Origin: Histomonas meleagridis 2922-C6/04-290x | Lineage: Eukaryota; Protista; Parabasalia | Assembly: GCA_020184695.1 (NCBI GenBank) | Contig: JAANOX010000218.1 | Span: forward strand, 1-64,000 | Direction of reading: 5' to 3' | Length of the DNA stretch: 64,000 nucleotides | Part shown: positions 43,418-54,526 of the stretch, piece by piece | How positions within the stretch are numbered: the first letter of the stretch is position 1 | How the letters are laid out: each line of letters starts with the position of its first letter | The notes under the pieces: generated by a model | Database searches by the model: none | What the model was told of the DNA's origin: nothing | What the model saw: the letters and a program-made list of their open reading frames with translations, nothing else | Translations under genes and position numbers: made by a program

Positions 43418-43960
43418 ATGACGAGTGGAGAATCTAAATGTACCTGCGGAAATATTCGTTTCATAGGAAAACAAGTTCCACCTGGTTGTACACCTCGAAT
43501 TAATGCATATGAACGAAACTTGATCAGGGGTTATGGCGACGTATATTATGAAGTTAAACCAAATTCGATAACAATCAAATCTTTACCAAAAGCAGGCATA
43601 AGAACGAGATCTGAAACATGCTTCGATCTTATTTGTTTGAAATGCAGCTGTGAGTTCCTTTGCTGTTTTTCAAGATCTTTTATATTTATTGCTCCACATG
43701 AATCTTCTCGTCAAGAAGAAAGAAAAACAACCCTCATAAGGCCACTTTCTGCTTTTTCACCTGCCAAATTTGTACCTTATCTTCGGACACCAGCATCAAC
43801 AATGAATCCAAAACCGAAAACACAAAATCCACCAGAAAAACGCGCTACACAAATTCCAGACGACTCAGATTTTGATATAATGTTTGGAAGGACAAGAGGA
43901 GCAATTGTTGGATCTTTTACTCCTCAATTAGCTGAGCTTCCAGAAGATCTTTTCACTTAG
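43418..43960 (+). CDS. Hypothetical protein with CxC and CxxC pairs
   Basis: 180-aa ORF with CTCG and CLKC; possible zinc ribbon. Confidence 0.6.
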   Translation: MTSGESKCTCGNIRFIGKQVPPGCTPRINAYERNLIRGYGDVYYEVKPNSITIKSLPKAGIRTRSETCFDLICLKCSCEFLCCFSRSFIFIAPHESSRQEERKTTLIRPLSAFSPAKFVPYLRTPASTMNPKPKTQNPPEKRATQIPDDSDFDIMFGRTRGAIVGSFTPQLAELPEDLFT

Positions 43961-44242
43961 GACTCTTAAAAATAGAGTTGTTTCCGAAAAAAACAAAACA
44001 AACATTTAGAAAATAAATAGAAAAAATTATTTTAAAAAATTTTCGATCATCAACAACCACATGTAAAAACCGTTCGTTTGATTCAATTTACGAAGACATA
44101 ACCGTAAAATCACTTGTTGTAATTTTACAACGAGGCATTTTTTGTCTGAAAAATGATCGAAGTAATAGAGTGCATTACAAAAAAGTGCCCAATCGTTTCT
44201 TTTTTTAAAATCGCGCCATAGAGAATACAAACCTGGAGGCAC

Positions 44243-45088
44243 ATGACAAATAGAGGAAAAATCATTTCAGAAACTGCTTCTCTTTTGTCACAGGTTAAAA
44301 GCTTAGAATTAAAGAGAGACACCATTCGCGAGCAAATTCAAAGATGTAAAGAAATTATTGAAAAACAAAAACATGAAGCATCAACACTCTCGTTATTAAT
44401 TTCATCAACATCTGTTCCTCCATTAAAAGAAACCACAGAAAAAATTTCTTTTCTTAAACAACAGATTTCAAAACATCAAAAACTGCATGAAACATTACAA
44501 AATCAACTAAACGAACTTAGAAGAGCTACAGATGAAGCTATTTATTTACGAGACCAAAAAAAGGAATATGATAAATTATTAGCAGAATATAAAAATTTAT
44601 CAAAGGAATATGACAAAGAAAAACAAAGAGAAAATGAGTTAAAAATTCAAAGCTCCAGACTATCTTCAGCAATTCTCAAGTTAGAACTCTCGAAAAAACA
44701 AATTGAAGCCAAATGCATTGAATATGAATCTTCCGAAAAAATTGACTTAAATTCTCTTCACAAAAAGAACCATTCACTGAGCGAACAAGCTAGACTTCTT
44801 AAAGCCAAACGTGAGCTATTCGAACAAGAAATTGAATTATCAAAACAAAATCTTCTGGTTTCCCGTGAAAAACGGCAAAAAGTCGAAGCTCTTATTGAAA
44901 AATCCAATTCCATTGATATTGATAGCCTTCGCGAACAGCTTTTAGATATGGCGTCAATAAATCTTGAATTGCATAAAATCGAACCGCTTGATAATAAAAC
45001 ATCCCAAAAAATGAAAGAAATCAAAAGCCTTGTTGATTCATGTGAATCTTTGATAAACTTTGCAGGATCTGTTGTTGATGTAATTTAA
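44243..45088 (+). CDS. Coiled-coil hypothetical protein
   Basis: 281 aa, E/K/Q/L heptad-rich. Confidence 0.7.
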   Translation: MTNRGKIISETASLLSQVKSLELKRDTIREQIQRCKEIIEKQKHEASTLSLLISSTSVPPLKETTEKISFLKQQISKHQKLHETLQNQLNELRRATDEAIYLRDQKKEYDKLLAEYKNLSKEYDKEKQRENELKIQSSRLSSAILKLELSKKQIEAKCIEYESSEKIDLNSLHKKNHSLSEQARLLKAKRELFEQEIELSKQNLLVSREKRQKVEALIEKSNSIDIDSLREQLLDMASINLELHKIEPLDNKTSQKMKEIKSLVDSCESLINFAGSVVDVI

Positions 45089-45400
45089 CATATATACGTG
45101 TATTCCCTATTTTAATAAATGTTCTGTATTTACCCAATCAAATATAAAAAACTTTTTCTGAAATTAAGAAAGAAAATGTTTCCAAATTGAATCATCAAAT
45201 TTTTTTTGATGAAATTGGAAACAAAATAAATCGAAATTATTTTAAAATACATCATACATTATTGTATTAAAATGTTTAAAATCGAAAGCTAAAACAAATT
45301 CTTAATGTTAATGCATGAATATCTTTTTTCAATTCAAAATCATTTTTTTCAATTGAATTTAATCGTCGTTCACAATTTCAAGTCGGGTCTTCCAGTGGCC

Positions 45401-45850
45401 ATGGAAACTGATGGAGAAATCGAAGATTTCTGCAAAAACTGTGGAACATTTGGAAATATTTGTGAAGGTGGCCTCTGTAAACTATGTTATGATGAACAAA
45501 TAGATGATTTATATAGAACATCAGATGATGATTCTATGTGCGAATTTGAAGATACACAGAATTATATAGATGAAGATTACAACCAAAAAGATGGTGATAT
45601 TCAAAAAGAACTTCAAAAATCAAGACATCTTGTACAAGATATTGTAATTCCTTTCATTTACAATTCGTCAGACAGTATAATTTGTGCTGTTTGCATGGAA
45701 AATATAACAAAAGGCTCTAAAGCTGTAAGCCTTCCATGCGCACACATTTTTCATTCGGAATGCCTTGATCCGTGGCTACAAAAAAACAGTCACTGTCCAA
45801 TTTGCAGGACTAATATTCTTGGCCACATCAATCCAGCATTCTGCACATAA
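45401..45850 (+). CDS. RING-H2 E3 ligase with N-terminal C4 zinc finger
   Basis: CAVCMENI...LPCAHIFHSECLDPWL...CPICR; N-terminal CKNCGTFGNICEGGLCKLCY; start METD at 45401 preferred. Confidence 0.88.
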   Translation: METDGEIEDFCKNCGTFGNICEGGLCKLCYDEQIDDLYRTSDDDSMCEFEDTQNYIDEDYNQKDGDIQKELQKSRHLVQDIVIPFIYNSSDSIICAVCMENITKGSKAVSLPCAHIFHSECLDPWLQKNSHCPICRTNILGHINPAFCT

Positions 45851-46142
45851 AGATAGAACTTTTTTTATATAAAAATTCCTGTATTTTTCCTTCTTCTCAA
45901 TTCCTTTTTTTAATTGTTTTAATCCAGAAACATGTTACTAACAAGGAAAATATTCAAATTATTTTTAGCATTCCTAATAAGTATCATTTTTTAACAAAAA
46001 AAAACTTTTTCATTTATATCAATTGCATCTTATCTTACGTTATTATTTTATATAAAATAATGCTTGCAATGTTATGTGTGAATGCGTATTTATATTAATT
46101 TAAGGTGAGTGATTTTTCATATGGTGTGTCGATATTTTATAT

Positions 46143-46640
46143 CTAGTTGAGGTGTTCCTCATTATGTATTTGTTCTAATGCGAAAATTGAAATTTTATTA
46201 ACTATAGTTAATTTATTAACAATACTATTTTGCAAAATACTCACTAGATAACAAAGGGTTATTGAAATATTTTTATTATAAAGAATTCCATCATTATTAT
46301 AATTAGAATATTTTTTATCAGGAGACATATTAATGAATAGCTACCTCATACATCATGAATGCGCATTATCTAATTGATGTAATATCTTTTGATATATTAA
46401 AATTAATATTTAACAATGAATTACAAATTTGAAATGTGCTATATCAAATAGATTTCACAGAAATTGGTATATAAATATATTTCAATTTGGAACATTCAGC
46501 AAATGTAGAATCACCATTATTAACAGAAATAATTTTTAGCCTACCAAAAAAAGCATTTCTCATGTCGGTAAAGCATCATATTTATAATCATAGTTAAAAT
46601 CAGTTGAATAGCTTATTGTGAGAATTTTAGTTGTATCATC
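46143..46640 (-). pseudogene. BspA-like LRR pseudogene
   Basis: STFAECSKLKYIYIPISVKSI*YSTFQICNSL...DGILYNKN; in-frame stops. Confidence 0.6.
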
Positions 46641-47081
46641 AAATATTTGAAATGAATTCATAAATAACAATACAGTTAAAAAGGAAACAACTTGATTACA
46701 ATTTTTGTGAGCTGCAAATGTTTTGTGATTAAATACTTAAATATAAAAACTTTTCATGAAAAATATTCTCTAAACTTAGAAAATTATGGCTCCAAGAGAG
46801 CTCTCTCAAACGTTTGGAATCTTAATCATTATAAAAATTTGACCATCGTTCATGAATTTTTTGAAAAAAAATAGGAAAAGAATTAAAAATATTCAAGAGA
46901 TATGAACTATAATTCCTTGGTGAAACAATAGAACTATCAAATTGTTGAATTAAAGTTTTAAAATCAGAATTGAATAAATAAAATAAGAAGAAAAACAAGG
47001 CATCGAAAAAATGAGTGAATTTATAAAATATAAAACACTCTCTTGATCAACTTACAAAAAAGTGACACTCACTGCTATGAA

Positions 47082-47099
47082 ACGGTTTGGCCGACCTTT
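47082..47099 (+). promoter_or_regulatory. M3 + M5 core promoter of RPL18A
   Basis: ACGGTT at 47082; CCTTT at 47095, 12 nt before ATG; AAAGTGAC further upstream (about 47059). Confidence 0.75.
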
Positions 47100-47106
47100 G
47101 CTGTGA

Positions 47107-47634
47107 ATGCTGAAAAACTACGAAGTTATTGCTCGCCCTCTCCCAACTGAAGCTGTTCCAAACCCAGCTGCCATCCGCGTTCAAGTTTTTGCTGCTGATG
47201 AAGTTATTGCAAAGTCAAAATTCTGGGGTGTTGCTCGTCGTATTGCCCGCCTCAAAAAATCACATGGCGAAATCCTTGCAGTTAAGCATGTCATTGAACC
47301 AGAACCAGAGCGTGTCAAGAATTATGGAATTTGGTTGACATATCGCTCAACAAATTCAATCAATAACATTTACAAAGAATTTCGTGACACAACAACAGAA
47401 GGTGCTGTCCTCCGTCTTTACCAAGAAATGGCCGGAACGCACAATGTTCAATCTAAAAACATCTCAATCATTCGTGTTAGCGAAATCAAAGATGAGGATG
47501 TTGTTCATCATAACCTTCGTATGTTCCTTAATAATAATGTTAAATTCCCAATCCTTAAGAAATCAATCCGTCCAGCTCATCCATCACAAAAGAAGATTCT
47601 TTCCAGCAAGCGCCCAACTGTTTGCGGCTTTTAA
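47107..47634 (+). CDS. RPL18A: 60S ribosomal protein eL20 (L18a)
   Basis: AKSKFW, VKNYGIWLTYRS..NNIYKEFRD, YQEMAGTH. Confidence 0.96.
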   Translation: MLKNYEVIARPLPTEAVPNPAAIRVQVFAADEVIAKSKFWGVARRIARLKKSHGEILAVKHVIEPEPERVKNYGIWLTYRSTNSINNIYKEFRDTTTEGAVLRLYQEMAGTHNVQSKNISIIRVSEIKDEDVVHHNLRMFLNNNVKFPILKKSIRPAHPSQKKILSSKRPTVCGF

Positions 47635-47871
47635 AATTTCTAAAATACCCAATAATTTATTATTATAAATTGCTTTATTTTTTTTAATGAATTTTGCAAA
47701 TTTGATAATTTCATCATATTTTTTTGTTGTGATTTTTATCTTTTGGGAACAAGTTTTACTAAAGAACAACCCTAATTTCTTTTAAAACTTATCAGATTTC
47801 AACTAAAAATAAAATTTTTATAATCGTACGTTTACTTAACGTCTGCCTTTGCAGTTCTTCATTATAATAAA

Positions 47872-48297
47872 ATGGAAAATATCGACTCTGAACAAATTCA
47901 GCAAATTCTTGATGAAAATTCAAATCTAATTAAATTGATACTTAAATGTCAGAACGAAAATCGTATAATGGATTCGATGCTATTTCAAGCACGCCTCAAA
48001 AATAATCTTCTTATTTTGGCTCCTTTTGCTAAAGCGCTAGAAGACAGTTCAGTTTCTCAAGGAATAGAACCTAGCAATTCAAGTGCAAAAACGTTATTAT
48101 CCAAATTTGTTCAAGCTGTTAAAGAATCCGGCTTAAAAGATTTAAAACTTATTTCTACACTTACAGACATTCCAATAGAAAAAATAGTTCCATTAGCTCA
48201 AGCATACATAGCATTCTTAAAAAGGCAAAATTCATTTACTGAGGCACAACGACTTGAATATGAATTAACACTAAATGGCGCCGAACCTGCTGTTTAA
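47872..48297 (+). CDS. SSXT/SS18-domain protein
   Basis: IQQILDENSNLIKLILKCQNENR....FQARLKNNLLILA. Confidence 0.8.
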   Translation: MENIDSEQIQQILDENSNLIKLILKCQNENRIMDSMLFQARLKNNLLILAPFAKALEDSSVSQGIEPSNSSAKTLLSKFVQAVKESGLKDLKLISTLTDIPIEKIVPLAQAYIAFLKRQNSFTEAQRLEYELTLNGAEPAV

Positions 48298-48569
48298 AAT
48301 AAAACATTTTATAAAGGAAGTACTATTATTATTTTATTTTTCGTTAATTTAAAATTTCGATCATATCAATGAGATCATACTTAAAATATTTAAAATACAA
48401 TTACATTTAAAGATATTTTCTTTCCTTTGATAATATTCTAATTTATTTGATTTCTACAATGAGAAAAAACATTTTTCGAAATGTGTAATAATTCAATTTT
48501 GAAAGGTGAATTTGTAAATCATTGAATATTCTAATCAACGGGTTGCAACAAATCAAAGCAACTCAACAC

Positions 48570-51500
48570 ATGGAATCATGTCTTTCTCAATCATTTTTAT
48601 CAACAGAATTTGATGGATATCGCTTGGTAGAAGGAGTTAGACATTTACTTCTTGGGAATCAAATCGAATCGTTAATGATTTTTTCAACATTAAATCCAGA
48701 TTTTTTTGGTCCAATATTACATTCTCTTACAATTTCAAAAGCACCTGATTCTTTTGTGCCTGTTGAAAAAATGAAAAGTCCTGTTTTATTTCGATGGGTA
48801 TGTGCATGCATTTTATCATATTTTGGTGTTAAACCAGACGTTGATATATTTTTTCTTGTGCAACCCAAATTTTATTCATCAAAATTAAGTTGTGCTATCA
48901 AACTTAAAGAAGCCATGAAAAATCCAAATCTAATGAAGAAAGAATTATTGAAACTAAAATGTGCGTCAAGTTTTTTAGAATTAAAAGAAAAATGTAATTC
49001 ACTTTCCCAATGGATTTTACCATATATTCAATCAATATTTTTAAATTTAGGATTTAATCTTTTATTTTCACATTTTCGATTTAAAACATTTGATTTACTT
49101 TTAGATATTAGCCAAATCCCCATCAAAGATATTGAATCTGCAGATTTTGATTTTGTAGATGTTTATGAAATGCAAGATTTTTGTGGACAAGAATTTGGTT
49201 ATAAATTTCCAATTATTTTCAGATACATACAGAGTTCCGTATATAGTCAATATTTATATCCAACTATTTCTAATTATCCAGAAAGAAGTTTCGGTTTAAC
49301 ATTGGTTCATACAACGTATTTTTTAAACGTTCACTTTCTCGATTCCACTTTTCAGTACTTTACAGAACTTTACGATAACGGTCAATATGAGGAAGCACTT
49401 AAATCATGTCCATTCCCAGATTTTCGACCATGGTTATTAGCTACTATATTAAAAGGGGAATATCCAACCATTCCATCTGATATTGAACAAATCAAATATA
49501 TCAATCATTCTATCTGTAGTGATTTTATAGATAGTTTATTAAATGATCGAGATTTATTTTCGATTGTACATCAATCTACAGGTTATTTACCATCTCCCAA
49601 AGATTTCAAAGAACATTCATTACCATATATGTTTGAAAGTATCTTAAATTTTGAAACAGATGATATAGATTTAAAATATTCACCATTTAACTTAGTCAGT
49701 AGTAAAACGTATTATTCCATTCCTAATGATCAAAAAGTCATTGATTTTGATTTTATTCATTGTTATTTTTCAATTACATTATGTTTAAATTCATTAAGTT
49801 CGAGCTCACAAAAAGAGTTAGACACAATGCAAGAGCATTTAGAATGGTTTTTAGCGCATATCAAAGATCAAAAAATAATTGAAAAATTGATAATTGATTT
49901 ATTTTCATTAATGTTTCTTCAACGTGATAACTCGTTCATTTGTACCATTGAATTTGCTTCCACTTTATTAAAAGTCATATTATGTTGTTGTAATGACGAT
50001 AACCTTATGAAGTATTTACAATATGGACAAAAGAACATCAATTTAATCAATGCCACATGTGAAAACGGGACATTTAATGACTTAATGAAGTCTAAAGATT
50101 TCTCAGCAATAGTCACATCAGAGAGTGCTGAGATTGCGCTTTATATTGCAGGCTTATCATCTAATAACAAAATGTTTTATGACATATATCAAACAATCCA
50201 AAACTTTAAATTCAACAAAAACGAATTTAATTACAAAAATCAAAATCCGAAAATAACATTAGAAATATCATCTTCATTTTCAGGGCAAGAGAACTCATTA
50301 AAATATTTATTAAAACATACTGAAGATAAAACAATAAAAAAATTCATCAAAAATCGAATTCAAACTTATGATAATCCAATGTTAATAATTCCTAAAATTA
50401 ATATTTCGAACGTAATCATCAAATTAAATTATTTACAAGGTAAAACTTGGAATGTTCCAACGTATCATAATGATATTAATTCGAAGAACTTGAAACGCTT
50501 TTGTAATTATCTTGATTCATTTATACCACATTCATTAACATCAGGGATTGGTCAAACGATAAAAGAAATCTTATTAAAAAACCCGATCAAAACAATTGAG
50601 TCATTACTTTATTCAAGTAACATAAAACAAGCGAAAATTATATCAAAGAATCTTCAAATTGATATCAACGAAATTATCTTTAAAAACAATAATTTTCCAG
50701 ATGAAGTTATATTACATTTCTCGAAGAATTATCCACAAATTGCTTTAGCTTCATTATTTACTAAAACAACTTCATATGAAGGAGAAGAATTTATTCGAAG
50801 TTCATTATTTGAATTATTACGAGAAAGTGATTCATTTTTCATTAATAAGAAACGTGAAATTCAAAAGAATATATTATTAGGTAATCAAAAACAAATTATA
50901 AATTATACATTACCAACAATTAATAATGAAAATGGAGAAGAAATTATTGAGTTTAATGATTCTATTAAACAAGATGGAATACCTAAAAATGAGTTAATTA
51001 AACATATAAAAATATTAATGAAAATGAATCCATTAAATATTAATTTATTAAGTGATTTAAGTTTTCGATTTAATATTAAAGAATTCCAAAAAATCATTTT
51101 AGAAAATTTGAATAATATAAACATTATCCAAATCAAAGAACTATTTGATAAATGTTTAATATGTAATAAGAAAATTAATTTCTTATGTAAATTAATTAAA
51201 ATTAATATACAGCCATTACCATTAGAAAACTCTTTTATGATATTAATTACAAAAAAGAATTATAAAATGACAAATAAATTTTATGAAATATTTGGTAAAG
51301 TTATACATTTAGAAGATATTATTAAAAAACATATTAATGATTTGACGAATAAAAATGAAAGTATTGAACCATTAATTGAACAATTTCCACATTTATTCTC
51401 AAGTATAATGAACACGATACCATCACAAAACAAAATACAAAAAGAAAACGAGAAAATTTTAAATGTAATTCCTGAAAATTGGATAACGATTCAATGTAAA

Positions 51501-53543
51501 AATGATAAAATTTATACATATATTAATTATATAACGAAAATTCAATCATTATTAAATAAGTTCCAATTCATTAATTGTGATCAATCAATATTAAATCATA
51601 TTGAGAAAGTTATAATTAATTCGAATGATTTAACAGAATATCAAAAAATTTTAAGTTTAACAAAAGTTTGTTTTAAAGTATTCACATTATTTCGAGATCA
51701 AAATTTTTTAATTCATTTCTTATTCGATAATATTATTAATATAATAAAGAATACAAACATTGGCCAAAATGATGAATTTAAGTTTTATAATTATTTAAAT
51801 TCATCGTTAAACATTTTAACCTTTTTTTATCAATATTTAACACAAAATGATTGTATAATGTTTCAAAAGATTGATTGGATATGTGATTTTTTATCTAATC
51901 AAATCTATTTAAAGTTTAACATATCATATTCATTTAATGAATTTGAGACTATAAAATTTGCAAAAAGATTTTCATTAATATGTATTCGACTTGATTTAAT
52001 AAATCAATTTAGTTCATTAGTTGAGATATGGAATATAAACATTAATAAATATTTAGAGTTATATATATTAACACAATATGAATTATCTATTTTCGAAGAT
52101 AATTCTGATTATATTCCGAATTATCTTGAGTTAACAAATGAAAAAGATATTAAACGACGAACTAAATTCTCTAAAAATGTAATAAATGTTTTATCGAAAC
52201 AATTATTTTTCGATCCACAATTCATTACACAATTCATCGAAAAGTTTCCACCTACAAATGAAATGATTGGAAACACAAACAATAAAATAACAAACAAAAA
52301 CAAAAATATGAATTATTATAAAAGTATGAGCTTATCATTACGTAATGATTTCTCACTTGATTATGAATTGTCAATAACATCTCCATCACCGATGGAGATT
52401 GCGCATAATTTATCGAAGTATCATCAATCGAATGTTAGTTCATTATATTCACGTGTTATCTTTTTATCAGAACAAAATTATGATTTCCCAATGTTACAAA
52501 AGAATTGTTTGACCGAATTCTTAAAGAATAAATCATCGCCTTCAATATCGATATCATATTATACTTCATTAAGTAAATTCGATATAGCGTTACAAATATT
52601 ATTAAATAATAACTTCGAAATGCAAGAAACACTTTTCGAAAATGCATTGTTCCCTACTGCAATCGAATTCGATTGTTTAGTACGTCTTGAAAGACAATTC
52701 GAAACGCCGCCAAATTATAGTATAAAATATTTAAATAATTTGTTCGATTATACAAAAAAAAATGAAATGTATCATCTAAAGTTTCAAATAGCAAAGTTCT
52801 TTGGCCAAAATGATACTATTGCTGAAACTGCAATTCAACTTTATTCGAAACATTATTCAAACAAAAATAGTTTATCAATATTAGATACTGCTGAAGTTCA
52901 TATTGTAAATGAATTAAATGACCGAAAAAATAAGAAAAAAAATACACCAGAAATATTATCAACTGATAAATTAAAGAAATATTTGGATGGAATTACTCAT
53001 CAAAGAAAATTTTGCATGTTTTTGTTAGAAAAAAATATTGAAGGAATTTCGGACCTTTCTGTGTTTAAAGGAAAATCTTCAATAGAATCAATGATAGTTC
53101 TAATGTTCAAAGAAAAAGCTTTCGATATAGCAATTCAATTCATGCACGACTATCAAATGAACCCGAAAAGAATCGCTGGCAAAGTTTGCGATAATTTAAT
53201 TTGTGAACAAAATGATTTCAAAGTGACGTATTTGAAAGGTTTAGCAAAAAAGTGCGATAAGGAGACGTTTGAAATAATGTTTAATGCTATAATTAATAGA
53301 TTAATTTGGAATTTTAAGGATATTAATACAGCTTACTTCTTGGTGAAAAATTTAGATATGGATTTGAGCTTTCAATGTAAGCTTTACTTACAATTGGGTT
53401 ATTATAATGAGGCAGCTCAATTAGCTTTCACAAATAATTTCGTGGATTTGGTGCCTTTGATTGGAAATTGTTCAAAGGTTACATTAAACCATTCATTATG
53501 TTCAAAATGTGAAAAATTTATGGAAAATTTACAAACAAAATAA
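48570..53543 (+). CDS. Large helical protein, spastizin (ZFYVE26/SPG15)-like C-terminus
   Basis: About 1660-aa open frame; C-terminal FDIAIQFMHDY...CKLYLQLG...AAQLA pattern recalls the ZFYVE26 C-terminus; first ATG at 48570. Confidence 0.55.
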   Translation: MESCLSQSFLSTEFDGYRLVEGVRHLLLGNQIESLMIFSTLNPDFFGPILHSLTISKAPDSFVPVEKMKSPVLFRWVCACILSYFGVKPDVDIFFLVQPKFYSSKLSCAIKLKEAMKNPNLMKKELLKLKCASSFLELKEKCNSLSQWILPYIQSIFLNLGFNLLFSHFRFKTFDLLLDISQIPIKDIESADFDFVDVYEMQDFCGQEFGYKFPIIFRYIQSSVYSQYLYPTISNYPERSFGLTLVHTTYFLNVHFLDSTFQYFTELYDNGQYEEALKSCPFPDFRPWLLATILKGEYPTIPSDIEQIKYINHSICSDFIDSLLNDRDLFSIVHQSTGYLPSPKDFKEHSLPYMFESILNFETDDIDLKYSPFNLVSSKTYYSIPNDQKVIDFDFIHCYFSITLCLNSLSSSSQKELDTMQEHLEWFLAHIKDQKIIEKLIIDLFSLMFLQRDNSFICTIEFASTLLKVILCCCNDDNLMKYLQYGQKNINLINATCENGTFNDLMKSKDFSAIVTSESAEIALYIAGLSSNNKMFYDIYQTIQNFKFNKNEFNYKNQNPKITLEISSSFSGQENSLKYLLKHTEDKTIKKFIKNRIQTYDNPMLIIPKINISNVIIKLNYLQGKTWNVPTYHNDINSKNLKRFCNYLDSFIPHSLTSGIGQTIKEILLKNPIKTIESLLYSSNIKQAKIISKNLQIDINEIIFKNNNFPDEVILHFSKNYPQIALASLFTKTTSYEGEEFIRSSLFELLRESDSFFINKKREIQKNILLGNQKQIINYTLPTINNENGEEIIEFNDSIKQDGIPKNELIKHIKILMKMNPLNINLLSDLSFRFNIKEFQKIILENLNNINIIQIKELFDKCLICNKKINFLCKLIKINIQPLPLENSFMILITKKNYKMTNKFYEIFGKVIHLEDIIKKHINDLTNKNESIEPLIEQFPHLFSSIMNTIPSQNKIQKENEKILNVIPENWITIQCKNDKIYTYINYITKIQSLLNKFQFINCDQSILNHIEKVIINSNDLTEYQKILSLTKVCFKVFTLFRDQNFLIHFLFDNIINIIKNTNIGQNDEFKFYNYLNSSLNILTFFYQYLTQNDCIMFQKIDWICDFLSNQIYLKFNISYSFNEFETIKFAKRFSLICIRLDLINQFSSLVEIWNININKYLELYILTQYELSIFEDNSDYIPNYLELTNEKDIKRRTKFSKNVINVLSKQLFFDPQFITQFIEKFPPTNEMIGNTNNKITNKNKNMNYYKSMSLSLRNDFSLDYELSITSPSPMEIAHNLSKYHQSNVSSLYSRVIFLSEQNYDFPMLQKNCLTEFLKNKSSPSISISYYTSLSKFDIALQILLNNNFEMQETLFENALFPTAIEFDCLVRLERQFETPPNYSIKYLNNLFDYTKKNEMYHLKFQIAKFFGQNDTIAETAIQLYSKHYSNKNSLSILDTAEVHIVNELNDRKNKKKNTPEILSTDKLKKYLDGITHQRKFCMFLLEKNIEGISDLSVFKGKSSIESMIVLMFKEKAFDIAIQFMHDYQMNPKRIAGKVCDNLICEQNDFKVTYLKGLAKKCDKETFEIMFNAIINRLIWNFKDINTAYFLVKNLDMDLSFQCKLYLQLGYYNEAAQLAFTNNFVDLVPLIGNCSKVTLNHSLCSKCEKFMENLQTK

Positions 53544-53754
53544 TAATAAAAAATATATTTTATGTTTTTTTAAATTAATTTTTATTATCAAAAAACATTT
53601 TTTTTTTAATGAAATAATTATTTTCAGATGCATAAATGAATTGTTTTGTATGTTCTTCATAATTCAGTCAAATATTTGACTGTTTTACAAAAAATGTCAA
53701 AAATATAATGTCACTTTTTATGGAGGGGTGGCCCTGTTTTAACGTTCGTCATCA

Positions 53755-53778
53755 GCGGTTAGACGTGGCTCGACCTTT
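53755..53778 (+). promoter_or_regulatory. M3 + M5 core promoter of RPS26
   Basis: GCGGTT at 53755; CCTTT at 53774, 11 nt before ATG. Confidence 0.7.
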
Positions 53779-53784
53779 CTGCAA

Positions 53785-54132
53785 ATGCCTCAAAAGAGAA
53801 GGAACTGTGGACGTTCTAAGATGAATGCTGGCCGTAAGAAGATTGTTAACTGCATGAACTGCGGCCGTATGGTACCACGTGATAAGGCTATCAAACGTTT
53901 CTTGGTCAAGAATATGGTTGATAGCTCATCTGCTAAAGATGTTATGGATGCTTCTATCTATAAGGAATATGAATTCCCAAAGACATACCAAAAGTGCTTC
54001 TACTGTGTTTCATGCGCTTGCCATCGTCGTATTGTTCGTGTTCGTAATGCCAACCTTCGTCATGTTCGTGTTCCATTATTCTTGAAGCAACAACGTGAAC
54101 GCGCTGAAGCTCGTCAACAAAAACAAGAATAA
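53785..54132 (+). CDS. RPS26: 40S ribosomal protein eS26
   Basis: MPQKRRNCGR, CMNCGRMVPRDKAIKRF, YCVSCACHRRIVRVR. Confidence 0.98.
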   Translation: MPQKRRNCGRSKMNAGRKKIVNCMNCGRMVPRDKAIKRFLVKNMVDSSSAKDVMDASIYKEYEFPKTYQKCFYCVSCACHRRIVRVRNANLRHVRVPLFLKQQRERAEARQQKQE

Positions 54133-54526
54133 ACCATTTGATTTTTCTATTCATAATTTTGGATTCAAAAAATTTAATTACTAACAACATTTTTTCTTTT
54201 AAAATCAGCATTCTTTAACTTTAGTCTAATTTTTAATAATGCTTAATCTATTATGAAATAGATTAAATTTCATTATATACACAAATGTATTTGAAAGGAA
54301 TTTTGTCAATCAAACAATTTACTTAATTTAAGTGAGAAGTTTTTGGATTACTAGGCTAATATGAAAAATTTATGTATGGGATGAATTTCTTGTGAAAAAT
54401 GTTTTGGCGATGGCGCCATATTGAGAACGTTTATTCGCTTTATACACAAAAAGTTTTCGGAGTAGCCACGGTTTTCCAAAAAATCCTATTCAATTATCTC
54501 GCTTTTTGAATATAGCAAAATTTTAG

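Noticed and set aside
43103-43474. 123-aa minus-strand ORF
   Set aside because: Non-ATG start overlapping the next gene, no recognisable domain; a real short gene cannot be excluded
48481-48570. Possible short intron extending the ZFYVE26-like gene upstream (GTAAAT...TCTAATCAACG)
   Set aside because: No terminal AG, and removal does not restore the frame
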